The notes under the pieces were generated by a model. The model did not search any database. It was not told the origin of the DNA and saw only the letters and a list, made by a program, of their open reading frames with translations. A stretch of 64,000 bases of DNA. Origin: Felis catus. Its lineage: Eukaryota. Of this stretch, positions 13,559 to 26,042 are shown piece by piece. Position numbers and translations under genes: made by a program. Location of the stretch: NCBI RefSeq assembly GCF_018350175.1, contig NC_058368.1, positions 103,542,001 through 103,606,000 on the forward strand, read 5' to 3'. Within the stretch, counting starts at the first letter, position 1. Every line of letters begins with the position of its first letter.

Positions 13559-14536
13559 CCTAGTCAATCTTTTTAAGAAAGTCAGTGCCAAAGTCCTCAA
13601 GGCATCATGTTGCATCTAATTACAATATAGGAACCCCTGCATCAGAGATTTAAACATTAAATACCCACACTTATTACATGTGTTGTTAGCATTGCTAAAA
13701 TGGAAAAATTTATCACTAAATAATATCTACCTCTGAGAAGCTGTGAATTTAAACCAGGCAGTATGTGGGTTGCCAAGTACAAGAGAACACACAATAATAC
13801 AAAGAGCACAAGATACTGTGAGAATGCACATTTCCTTAAACACAGAACTGGAGGTGCATCTCAGAGAGATGATTATGGTTTGTTAAGGAAGCAAGGATTT
13901 CAAATGCAGCACCACTCTGATTCCCAAATCACTCTAGAAGAATAATACAATAGTGTTTCGAGCAGTTTTAATGGTAATTCAATCAGTTAATAACAAATGA
14001 AAGATTTATTATATTATTAACACACCACACGGCTGTAGCACAAGGGGAAAGATATTCTAGTAGAAATATGTCCAGAACAGCTAAGCCTTTAAGAAGAGGG
14101 CTTACAACCTGCTGAAAAATTAACTTAAACTCGTTTATCAGTTACTATACACGTAGAACTTCATGGCATCTTTAAGAAATATGAAAAAGGTAAAAAGCTA
14201 TTATTATCAACCAGAATGTACGTTCAGTTGAGGAAATACAAATAATCCTCAAGGAATCACCAGAATCTAGGTAAAGGAACTTAATGTGATATATAGTATT
14301 GTTCTAAGTCTACAGGAAATTCAAAATAATAGAAAGGCAATATAGAGCGGAATTAGCCATGGCAAGTCTTAGGTATAAGGTGACTTTGCAACTGGGTCTT
14401 GAGCCATGTGTTAATCATATGCACTCTTCTGGCAGTGAGAGTGATTGCACGTGGATTTGGTGGGTATCGAGTTAAGGAGAAGAGCAGGGATAAAAACAAG
14501 AAATGAGTAAGGAGAGAACAGAAAGAGAACAAAAAT

Positions 14537-14537
<1 letters not shown>

Positions 14538-14592
<55 letters not shown>
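14538..14592. repeat. (TAAA)n tetranucleotide microsatellite
   Basis: About 13 perfect units. Confidence 0.97.
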
Positions 14593-14950
14593 GGCTCGTT
14601 GTGAGAAGGCTCAGAAGGACAGGGGATAAGGGAGGCAATTAGGGTCCTGACACACGAACAGAAGAAAAACCAGCATGTTGTGCAGAATTGTCCTACACAA
14701 CAATCTCCCCACCTTGCCGATCATACAATTTCTACCTATATCGGGGAACAGTGTCTTGAAGGTCTTGTAACCAATCTCAAAGACAACACGGCATTTGGAA
14801 GAATTCTCCATGCACAGGCTACATTAGGCAACTAAGCTTTCTGTGCCTCCAACCATCTTGGTGCACTCTCTTTCCCACAGCAGAAAGAGAGTAAGGTCAC
14901 TCATTGTGCCAGTTCTCACAGCAGAGTTTAACAGCATCACCCAACAGGGT

Positions 14951-15178
14951 GGGGAACTTGGGTGGTTCAGTTGGTTGAACCACTCTGACTCTTGATTTCA
15001 GCTCAGGTCATAATCTCCAGGTTCACGAGCCACATCAGGCTCTGTGCTCACAGCAAGGAGCCTGCTTGAGATTCTCTCCCTCTGTCTCTGCTCCTCCCCA
15101 GCTTGGGCGCTCTTTCTCTTTCTTTCTCTCTTTCTCTCTCTCACTCTCTGTCCCTCCCCAACCCCGAAAAAAAAAAAA
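14951..15178 (+). mobile_element. Older Can-SINE
   Basis: Diverged head, CT tract, A tail. Confidence 0.88.
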
Positions 15179-16260
15179 GGAACTGGGCAAGATAGAATAT
15201 AAATAATTTGTTCCCAGAGTAAAGAGCTGTGAGTTGAAAAGGAAGGCAGTGGACCTGCTGTGTTTTGTCACCCAGAGAAGACTTGCATAGAACACTTATT
15301 TACATTTCTTTCCATTGTTAACCCAGGTTAACCAAACTGACGGGCTTTTAAAAAATTTAGACTACTATTACTTTGACCATAGTTTTTCCTTTGTTATTAT
15401 TAGTTCAGTTAGTTTTATTATTCGAATTGGATGAGAATAACAAAAATAACCTGACGGTTAAAGTCCCCAAGCCATATTTGACTACAGTTATAAAGTTGGT
15501 TCCTACTCAGTAACTTAGGAAATTAAAAACACTAAATCTAGGATTTTCTCCACTGGGACCTAATCCAGTCCAATTTAGAAGTTGAGGATTTATAAAGGCT
15601 TTTCTGAAAGAAATGGGAAAATGTCAGCTACAATTTCTTGCTAGACTTGAACTGAATCTATTAACCTTGCCCAGAGAATATAATGTTACAGTTATATCAT
15701 TTACAATGTTATTGTATATGATTTATGGCCACAGTATCAAGCCTCAAACTAGGTTTCGTAGTTTTAAGTTAAATTTACATGTCTGTAATACAAATGATTT
15801 TTTTCTTGTTCAGATAAAAAGATATTAAAAAGTGATTTATAATATTTCAGTTGGATGTAAAATATACAGTATGCCTTAGTCTACTGAAGGGAAAAAAAAC
15901 ATTAGTTAGACAGCTATTATGAATATGCACGTTCACACTGCTTAATGCTTCCCATCTTTTAATGTATGCCTGGTTACCAACGACTAGACATCTTCTGAAT
16001 TACATTATATTTAGAATACAATGAGACACAAATCTATATGAAAATAAGATTAAAAAAAAAAAGAACCAAAAGGACAAAGAAAAAAATGTATCATCTATGC
16101 AGTTCACCTAAGATCATGAATGCTAAAACTAACTTAGGTACTGCTAGTTTTGCAAATGCCCTTTACCTAACACGATATAATATAATGGTCTTTGAATATG
16201 TCAAACAATAGCTTCTCTAACATTATCACCATTATTGAAACCCAAGAAAATCTCCTTTAC

Positions 16261-16350
16261 CGTAAACTGTAAGAGTTCGAGATTTGATAGCGGGGGTATT
16301 ACATTTTATTGGAAATGGCTGATGTAATACTACTTGAAAAGTATCATGAC
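16261..16350 (-). other. Candidate 90-nt internal exon of an unidentified minus-strand transcript
   Basis: Acceptor actgactttataattgtag|G and donor ACG|gtaaag in unique sequence. Only one frame is open (HDTFQVVLHQPFPIKCNTPAIKSRTLTVY); it may equally be a non-coding or 5'UTR exon. Confidence 0.5.
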
Positions 16351-16774
16351 CTACAATTATAAAGTCAGTACCAGTTACAGACTAAAGATTTAGTAACACC
16401 TTTACTAGCAAACAATGCCCAGTGTCTTATAAACTTAAAATAAAAAAATCTCTTATGTGTTCTCTGTATGTAGGTCATAGATCATATGCAAATATGTCAA
16501 AATTTATATAATGCCACATAAATTTCATAATTTAAGAGAACAATTCAAAATAAAAGCCCTGCTGCTCAAGCTCTATTCACTGACAATATATAAGCATTTA
16601 ATGCTGCAGAATGAAATGTATATATATCAAATCAATTTTATTCAGAATCTCCATAGAATTAATTTTCTGTTGTTTGAACCAAATCTGTGTATGAGAGGGC
16701 TTTTAAAAATCTCCAACTATAGTGTATTTTTATCAAGTTCTCTTTGTGTGTCAGTTAAAACTATATTAAACTTA

Positions 16775-16983
16775 TTTTAATTTTTTTAATGTTTATTTTT
16801 GAGACAGAGAGTGTGTGAGCGGGCAAGGGCCAGAGAAAGAGAGGGGGGACACAGAATCTGAAGCAGGCTCCAGGCTCTGAGCTGTCAGCACAGAGCCCGA
16901 CATGGGGCTTGAACCCATGAACTGGGAGATCATGACTTGAGCTGAAGTCAGAAGGCCAACCAACTGAGGCACCCAGATGCCCC
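16775..16983 (-). mobile_element. Can-SINE
   Basis: Reversed head and T-rich tail. Confidence 0.93.
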
Positions 16984-18741
16984 TATTTTCAGCTTCTAAT
17001 AACAGAGCTAAAACACAAGTTTCCAAAAAGGCAGGGATTTATTTTCTCTCACAAACTTGCTAAGATAGGTAAAGTAGTTCCATATATCACTGGGAAACCT
17101 AGTACCTTCTACCCTTCTATTCTGCAACCTTTAGCAGATGGCTTTCATTCCCTGAGTCACCAAATACTCACAGCCATCTTGTCATTCTCAGGGTCACCTC
17201 AGAGTCACCTCATTTTCACGAGATATCTGCTAGAATCCTAGCCATCACATCAACATTCTAGTCAGAAAGAAGGATCAGGGAAATGGCTTCAGAAGGTACA
17301 TGTCATCTGAACAAGCTCATTAAACAATTTTCTATGAAACTCCACCTGAATATGTCTGTTTACATCTTACCAATGACTTCAAGGAAAGCTGAAAAATACA
17401 GTTTGTTCAACAGAAGCAATGCTACTGGCAGAAGTCCAGGGTGGTTAAAATTTTATGTGTTCAACTGCTTTGTTAATGGTTCCATACAGATTTATGAATG
17501 CTATATCCTTTTCACAGAATATCTTACTTAATGCTTTTGAAGGAACTTGCCTGATATTAATATTAATCGTTCTGCCTTTTTGGTATTAGTTTCCTGTTTC
17601 TCTCGACCCAATCCTCTATTTTCAACCTCTCAAACAAGTGGTGGAAGAAGATACATAATTTTATTTTTGGACCCCAAAACGTCAACACAAGGAGTTGGTT
17701 TTTCTCTGGGTTTTTATTTTCGTTGGGGGAAAATTTATAATATCTTGCTCAGTAGCTAGAAGTCAAAGTGCTATTCCTTCATAGGGCACAGATGGAGTGG
17801 GGTGGCTGGAATCTGATTGTTGTGCATATAAACTTGCAGTTACTTCCCCTTTTTATTCCTGTGACTGACCCACACTTCCTGCATAACTCTGAGCCTCAAT
17901 CCTATTCTTTTCAAATTCTCCACAGAGGAGAATTGGGTCTCACCCACAAATCTTCATTTTCCTTATTTGAACTGAGGCGACAAGTAGCTAGGAATGAACT
18001 TCTCTAGGAATAGGGAACGCGTGAATTCACCTCAAATTCAAATCATTAAAAATTACTTATAATTACTTTGCTGTCGTTCAGCAAAAATCTATCACTTAGG
18101 AACACTGTGTTACTTTTTTCAAACTATGCATATTTAGGACTATCATTAACTTTATGGAAATGGCTTAATTGGGCTAAGTATCACAAAAAATCTTGACCTG
18201 TTTTTTATCATAAGTGAAAATTTTGATAAATCAAATTTGAAAACTAAGTTTTCCTGGATTAACTTGAACTATATTCAAGTATTTCTTTTATAGCTACTAC
18301 TAATACCATAAGGGAAGCAGTTATTTGACTTGAACTGGATATATAAAATTTAAAGGGATCTTTAGTTGTTAAAAAAAAAAGCGTGTCTGTATGCCAATGT
18401 TCATAATTGGAAAAGTCAACCACTTCCAATTTCATGGTCAAATAGACAAAAGGGTGAGCAGTGATGAAAGTCATTTGAACTCTGAGTTTGCTGGCTGCCT
18501 CTGATTCACCACAATCAATTTTAGTGACTAGGATTTCTCCCACCTTGACTAGGCAAGTATCCATTTAATCAAAAGTATGTCAGCCCCCAACAGGAAAGAA
18601 AGAAAAAAGAAAAAACAATGAATAAAGTTCTATGTTAATATTTTAATTATTTTATAAAGCATAGTTACCTATGACCTACAAAAACAGGATATTTTCCTTC
18701 TTTTTCAATGATTCAAGATGGAGCAACATGCTACAACGTAA

Positions 18742-18967
18742 TTTTTTTTAGTTTTTTTTTTTTAATGTTTATTTATTTTTGAGAGAGTCAGACAGATACA
18801 ATATGAGCAGGGGAGGGTCAGAGAGAGAGGGAGACACAGAATCCGAAGCAGGCTCTGGGCTCCGAGCTGTCAGCACAGAGCCTGACATGGCGCCCAAACT
18901 CACAAACTATGAGATCATGACCTGAGCCAAGGTCATTTGCATAACCAACTGAGCCACACAGGTGCCC
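18742..18967 (-). mobile_element. Can-SINE
   Basis: Reversed head and tail; TSD-like tacaa(c/t)gtaat. Confidence 0.93.
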
Positions 18968-19098
18968 ATACAATGTAATGTTTTTAATTATTAATATATT
19001 TGGGTACCAATTATTTTACTATATTTAAATGATGAGCAATTACATGGTTAGCCCTAAAAGATAAATTTCTGCATTGGATCTAAAAGTCCTCTATTCTT

Positions 19099-19325
19099 GG
19101 GACGCCTGGGTGACTCAGTCGGTTAAACATCCACTTCCTGGTTTCAGCTCAGGTCATGATCTCACGGTTTTGTAGGTTCAAACCCCACGTCAGTCTCCTC
19201 CATGCTGACGGTGCAGAGCCTGCTTGGGATTATCTGTTTCCTTCTCTCTCTGCCTCTCCCCACTCGTATTATCTCTGTCTCTCCCAAAATAAATACATAA
19301 ACTTTAAAAAAAAAATTTTTTTTTA
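19099..19325 (+). mobile_element. Can-SINE
   Basis: TSD aaag(t/c)cctctattctt. Confidence 0.93.
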
Positions 19326-19371
19326 GATGAAAGCCCTCTATTCTTTATGTGCCTCCTAACTGGGCAAGCCA

Positions 19372-19600
19372 TTTTATTTTTTTTAATTTTTTAAAAAATA
19401 TTTATTTATTTTTGAGACAGAGAGAGAGCGAGAGCATGAGCAGGGGAGGAGCAGAGAGAGAGGGAGACACAGAATCTGAAACAGGCTCCAGGCTCCAAGC
19501 TGTCAGCACAGAGCCCGATGCGGGGCTCGAACTCACAAACCGTGAAATCATGACCTGAGATTAAGTCGGACACTTAACCGACTGAGCCACCTGGGTGCCC
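19372..19600 (-). mobile_element. Can-SINE
   Basis: TSD caagccatttt. Confidence 0.94.
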
Positions 19601-20031
19601 CAAGCCATTTTAGAGCCTCTTAACAGAACTTAGTGTAAATACTCTTCTTTAGTCTGCCTAAACCAAATCTGAGATCAAAGCACTTGACATGTTGTCATGT
19701 TTACTCTAAGGAAATTTACAAGAAAAATGAAAGTAAGAAAAAAGGAAACTGGATCAAAAGAACAAAGTATGATTTAAAACCCATTTGGCTGCTTCCTGAG
19801 CTATGATTCTCCCAAAAGCAGTATCTACACCAAATTTATGCTTAGATTTTTCTGGGAAAAAAAATCAAATGTGATAATTGCACGGGGAACTTTGCGGTAG
19901 ATCGTGGTCAACTACTACAAACTTAAGAACAGTATTTGCATTCCTAGTTACACTATCATTTCCTTACATAATTTCAAACCACACTTTTTCCCATTTTTTA
20001 ACATAAACAGATTTTTTTAAGTGAAACTTAA

Positions 20032-20254
20032 GGGACATCTGGGTGGCTCAGTCAGTTGACCATCTGATTCTAGATCTCAGTTCAGGTCATGATCTCACGG
20101 TTCCTGGGTGAGAGCCCTGCGCTGGACTCTGTGCTGACAGTGTGTAGCCTGCTTGGGATTCTCTTTCTCTCCTTCTCTCTCTGCCCTTCCCCCAGTCACA
20201 CACACTCTCCTTCTCTCTCAAAATAAATAAAACTTTCAAAATAAATAAATAAAA
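20032..20254 (+). mobile_element. Can-SINE
   Basis: Head, CT tract, A tail. Confidence 0.92.
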
Positions 20255-20450
20255 CCTAAGCACTCATATGTAAAAGACCAATGACAAGCCTTTATACCTC
20301 AAGTCTCACTTTCTAAAAATCAGTACTTTTCACTTTTTCAGATTTTTAGCTGTCAGGTACATTTATGACTAATATTGTTATGATGCTATTACCTGATATG
20401 CAAACTTGAAAAATTATATACTGAATCTCTGCTTTGAAATATAAGTCTAA

Positions 20451-20628
20451 GGGGGGCCTGGGTGGCTCAGTCCATTAAGCATCCAACCTCGGCTCAGGTC
20501 ATGATTTCACGGTTCGTGGACTCGAGCACTGCATCACTGCTTCAGATTCTGTGTCTCCTCCCTCTTTGTGCCCTCTCCCACTCTCTCTCCCTCCCTCTCT
20601 CTCAAAAATAAACAAACATTAAAAAAAA
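20451..20628 (+). mobile_element. Can-SINE with internal deletion
   Basis: Head joined directly to tgcttcagattctgtgtctc; the middle is missing. Confidence 0.9.
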
Positions 20629-22356
20629 TTGAAAGATAAGTATAAGATTACCAACATACATTTCTTCATAACAATTTTGGTGAGTTATTATTTTGTTCGT
20701 CTAATGATTATTTAATATATATACATTAACCTCAGTTTATCACTGCATTAACTTTTGAATGTTGTCTTAAGTATCCCTTAATCCTCATGTTACTAAAGAT
20801 ACAAGCAATCTGATCTTGCCTTCCACTCTCCCTTCCACCTTTTCTTTGCATCTTCTTTCAGCTAGACTTTCGTTAGCATTTTGCAAAAGTTAAGAACATC
20901 TTATTTATAAACATAAAAAAGCTATAGTTTGATTCTAAAAGTTGAAAACACCCAGTGCTTATATTAGTAGGACTACATAAATATCATACACAAAAAAAAT
21001 CAGATAATAAGCTAGGAACTAATTTGTCTATAGTTTGAATATCACAACAACCGCTCCATTCAAATAAAAACATTACTAATACACAGATAAAAGTATTCAA
21101 CATTTCTCAAAATGAAACCATATTTTGAGGAGCTTCATATAAGATTGTATGTTTTTTCCCATGAATTTTATGATTGTCTTTCTTTTTTCTTATTAAGAAA
21201 AAAATCCAATCCTCTTTTTCTTAATCATTAACATCATCCAGCATCCTAATTTTATGGAAACCTTTCCATTCACATAGAAGGCAATCTATGTGAAGCCAAC
21301 TGATTTCTTCTTCAGATTGCTTGAATGTCTCTTTATGGTATTTATTTTTGTAATATGAAGTAAGTATGTTTCTACACAACCTCCATACCTGCACTCATAT
21401 CGCCTAATTTATGCTGATTGTGTCATTAGTTTTATTTATCCAAGGTTGAATACACGTGCCTTCATTCAGTGATACTGAAAGAATAACATATTTATAACAT
21501 TTATAGCATTATGCTTCAGAATCTATAACAAAAATATTTCCGTTCTTAGTAGGCATTTTCCTTTGGGTTGGGAAAAAAATATCCCCAAGAACAAGGTATA
21601 TAATCTCAAGTATTACTTCCAGTATGGTTCTATTTCTACCAAACTTACTCTCAAAGATAGAACCATTCTAAATTCTAGAAAACATCAATAAACAGCCACC
21701 TGAACTCATTAGAGAGTGAAAAATAATCAGACAAATTCTAGAGGGAAGTCAAAACTTAGAAAAAGGTATAGTATGGTATGAATTTTAAGACCATATGGTA
21801 TGGTATGGTATGTTTTTAAGACTTTTACACTAATGGCAGAATAGAGTTGACACCATGCATGGTGCATAAAATGCCAGTAAAAAACATTCAGTCTTTCAGA
21901 GAACACAGTGTGAGCTAACGTCAGCCTCTGGAATGAGAGGGACAGGCATTCCCAGAGAAAAACAGAGTCAAAGAGGGAGAGCCCTGAACTGTTTTGTATA
22001 AACTCTGCCCAAATCTCTAACTGATCCTTGATCTACACAGCATGTGGTAGACACAAAATGATGCAGCTAAAGCTAAAAGGAATGAACTGATATTTCAGCT
22101 GCAGCCCAAGAGGAATAATTTACAGTTTTTGTCTGACCAAGATAATTGCCTCCTAAAACAAACTAGCAAACTAAAAACCAACACTGTTCAGGGGGATATA
22201 AAAGAATGCAGAATTTCTGCAACATAGCACTTTAAATGTCCAGGAAAAATAATCCAAAAGACACAAAGGAACAGCAACACTGGACCAATTCATAATAAAA
22301 GGACAATCATTTAAAACCCCTCCAAAGATGACCAAGATATTAGAAGGAGGAGAAAA

Positions 22357-22552
22357 GGGGCACTTGAGTGTCTCAGTCGGTTGAGCATTTGACTCTCGGT
22401 TTCAGCTCAGGTCATGATCTCATGTTTCATAAGTTCAAGCCCCACATTGGGCTCTAAGCTGACAGCACAGAGCCTGCTTGGGTTTCTCTCTCCCTCTCTC
22501 CCTGCCCCTCCCCAACTTGGACTGTCTCTGTCTCTCTTTAAAAATTTACAAA
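22357..22552 (+). mobile_element. Can-SINE
   Basis: TSD tagaaggaggagaaaag. Confidence 0.93.
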
Positions 22553-22645
22553 GCTAGAAGGAGGAGAAAAGTATTTAAATTAGCTATTTATAACTTTGCT
22601 CACTGAGGTAAAAGAAAATATTTTTGCAATTAATAAAAGATAGGA

Positions 22646-22830
22646 GGGGCGTCTGGGTGGCCCAGTCGGTTAAGCCTCCAACTTCGGCTCAGGTCATGAC
22701 CTCCTGGTTCACAATCATGTGGTTCACATCAATCACATGCCCACATTGGGCACTGTGCTGACAGCTTGGACACAGGAACCTGCTTCAGATTCTGTGTGTG
22801 TCTCTCTCTCTGCCTCTGCCCCACTCATAC

Positions 22831-22879
<49 letters not shown>

Positions 22880-22932
22880 AATAAATGAAACATTAAAAAA
22901 TTTTAAAAATAACATTAAAATTTTTTAAAAAT
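22646..22932 (+). mobile_element. Can-SINE with expanded (CT)n
   Basis: TSD aataaaagatagga. Confidence 0.93.
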
Positions 22933-24684
22933 AAAAGATAGGAAATCACAGCAGAGAAATAAAAACTATATAACATCTAAATGAAAATTCTGTAACCGAA
23001 AAATACAATAATTTTTTTTCAAAAATTATTGGGTAAAAATCTTCCCCTCAATTTGCATATACAAATGCAAGATGCTCATCAAACTCCATGCAGAATAAAT
23101 AAAAGAAACCATTCTAGGTGCATTGCAGTAAACTGCTGAAACCAAAGATAAAGGTGGAATCTTGTAAAAAGTCAAAGAAAAACAACACATTACATACTGA
23201 AACCACTGACCTCATTAGAAGCAAATAAGGCCAGATGATAGTGGAAAGTCATCTACAAATGGCTAAAAGACAGAACTATCAGCCCAGAATTCTATTTCAA
23301 GTGCAGCAATTTTTCAAGAGTAAAGGACAAGTGAAGATATTTCAGAGTAAAGAAAACTAAGTGAATGTGTTTGTCCGAAGACTTGGACTATATAAAATAC
23401 TGAAGGAAGTTACTGAGGTGAAAGTGAAATTTTACACCAGAGGAAAACTCAGGTGATAATGAAAGGATGCACAGCATCAGAAATTGTAAATATTCAAATA
23501 AAGGCAAAGAATTCTTATTCCTTGGAATTTCCTTTAAATGCATGAGTGATGAAAGCAAAAATTGTAACTTAATCTTATGGGTTATACAGGTACATGGAAC
23601 ATCTTGCAGAATAAGGCTAGGGAGTACCAAGCAAAGGCTAAATGGGTGCTGAGTGTCTCCATTTTATGTGGAGCAGTGGAACAGCAACGTTATGTGGACC
23701 ACAAAGTTGAGGATTTATATTGTAATTTCTAGAGCAACCACGAAAAGTAAGGTATGTATCCTATAAATATTCCAATAATCCACATAAAGGCGGGAAAGAA
23801 AGAAAAGAGGAATGACCACAAAAACAAAAACAAAAATGACAGATGAAAAACAAATAATACAATAGAGACCTATATCCAACTGTATCAGTACTTGTACTAA
23901 ATGTTAATGGAATAAATGTATTAAAGAATTCCAGATTCCAATTAAGGGACAAAAGTTGGTTGAAATGAATAAAAGAGCAAAACCCAACTATATGCCTTCA
24001 AAAAAAATTGGTCTTTTAATATGAAGACATAGATAGGTTCAAAGTAAATGGATGAAAAAAAAAGTTCACGAGAAGAAGCCTGGAGTGCCTATTTTAATAT
24101 CAGCTAAAATAGACCTCAAGGGAAAAAAAAAGGTATTACCAGAGATAATAATGGACAATTTAAATAATAAAATGATTAGTACAGCAGGAATACAGAACAA
24201 TCATAAAAGTAACTGCACCTTAAAACAGAGCTTTAGAATTGAAGAGACAGAATTAAAGGACAAATAGATAAAATCACAATTACATTTAAATAGCTCTTTC
24301 ATAAGATCAAAAGATCAGTAAAGACATAGATTATCTAAAAAAAAAATACTATTAACTACCTTGACCTGACATTTAGAGAACACTACACCCAAGGATTTCA
24401 GAATACACATTCATTTTTAAGATACGTAATACATTGACTAGAAAATAACATATTCTGGGTTCTAACGGAAGGATCAATTGTCATATAATTTAACATATTA
24501 TAAATAAATCATCATTGAATACACAGGAAAGGAAAGAGGCAAGGTGGGTGTGAGAAAGCAAGGAAGGAGATGATTATACATAGATCATTTCTGAATAGTT
24601 CCCCCTCCTTTTTTGTTCATCCTAGCCTTTTCCAACCTCTGCACCCTTGTTTTTATTCTAAAATAATTGCTGAAAACAGCAAAC

Positions 24685-24779
24685 TGCACGGAATTGTTAA
24701 ATCACTACATTGTACACCTGAAACTAACAAAACACTGTATGTTAGCTAAATGGAATTAAAATAAAAACTTAAAAAAAAA
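24685..24779 (+). mobile_element. 5'-truncated carnivore L1 3' end
   Basis: tcactacattgtacacctgaaactaac..actgtatgttagcta..aataaaaa plus A tail. Confidence 0.8.
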
Positions 24780-25991
24780 TCAGACAGCTTTGTCTTTCCC
24801 ATGCTCATTGTTTTTTCTAGAAATTAAGACCCACTGTTTCTAAATCTTGCAAATATAACACCAGACTCTAGTTGGGCTATAATGTGTGTTTGCCATATCA
24901 TTTAAAAATGTTCAAGTCTTCTTTGGAGAAGACTTATGGAGAACAAGATAAGCCAATAACGTGGATGAAATGTAGGTCTGTCAAGAATAGTTATAAGATT
25001 GCTAACGTATAAAGACATGCTAGACATAGAATAGATACAGTTCATGCATGCAGCACACAAAAGTTATGAAACAATTCAGAGTTAATATGTACATGTAGAG
25101 AGATGACAAGACTGATTAAATCTTAAATATTCATAAATCATGGATCATATTGCTTCCAGGGGCCGGTAATGTGATCCCTATTGTGACACTGTCACCCACT
25201 GGTGACACCCATCTTGGTCCCACGTGACCTCTGCCAGAGACACACAGATAAAATCCTTGGCTGCTCAGTAAGTCATCGATGATCTACAGCTATTGGCCAG
25301 GCATACTTGCCCCTGTGTCCCTCTAATCGAAGAAGCAAGTGATAGGTCAGAAGACCTTCTATGTGCTGAGTGCCCCTTCTAAACCTCAACTCTGGTTCTT
25401 GTAACTACACTGTCAGCAGAGCAAGCTGATGAGGCAGAAGGAAAGAGAGAGAGATGAACATGTGAACACTGTATGACACAGGATAGGGCAGTGTGTTCTT
25501 TCCAGTCCAAATGCATCCCACTATTTTAAGTGTAATAAACCAACACCAATACTTTGCTTCTTGCTGCATTTTGGAAACTTATGAAATAAACCATTTGATT
25601 GTAGTCTTTCATTTGGTCTAGGGATCTCTCTGTTCTGCAACCTGTAAGACAGCCTTCTATAAATGCTACTGTTGCCTCAGATGATTTTCCACCGTGACAG
25701 TATGCTTCGGTGACCAAATGTCTATGGAAGTTAACAAACACAAAGACTGTGGTTAAGTATGTGACGGGCAGCCACTAATTAGATTTAGACTGAAAGGTTG
25801 AATTTGCTTTTAGCCCTGAGTCCTTGAGAATAAAATATATTTTCATGGTGAAGCCTGGGGGGAGGGGGAGAATCAAAGTTCAATGACTTAAGCACATTGT
25901 GTCAATTTTAAAAGACATTTCAGAATTTCTTAAAGGTTGAATGATTTCAAGTCATCCCAAATAAACTAACAGTAAAGAAACACATGTACGT

Positions 25992-25996
<5 letters not shown>

Positions 25997-26037
<41 letters not shown>
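25997..26037. repeat. (CA)n microsatellite
   Basis: About 20 units. Confidence 0.97.

Positions 26038-26042
<5 letters not shown>

Larger units (their letters stand above)
21620..24470 (+). mobile_element. Old L1 (5' region, ORF1 and ORF2 start) with two SINE insertions
   Basis: caaatgcaagatgctcatcaaactcc..., aaactgctgaaaccaaagataaa, aacccaactatatg, agaacactacacccaa. Confidence 0.8.

Noticed and set aside
18453..18510. C/D-box snoRNA-like arrangement (GGTGAG..GTGATGA...CTGA...CTGA-TTCACC)
   Set aside because: Only ~58 nt, no C' box, no rRNA complementarity I can recognise, and on the strand opposite the inferred host transcript. An Infernal/Rfam or snoscan hit would be needed.
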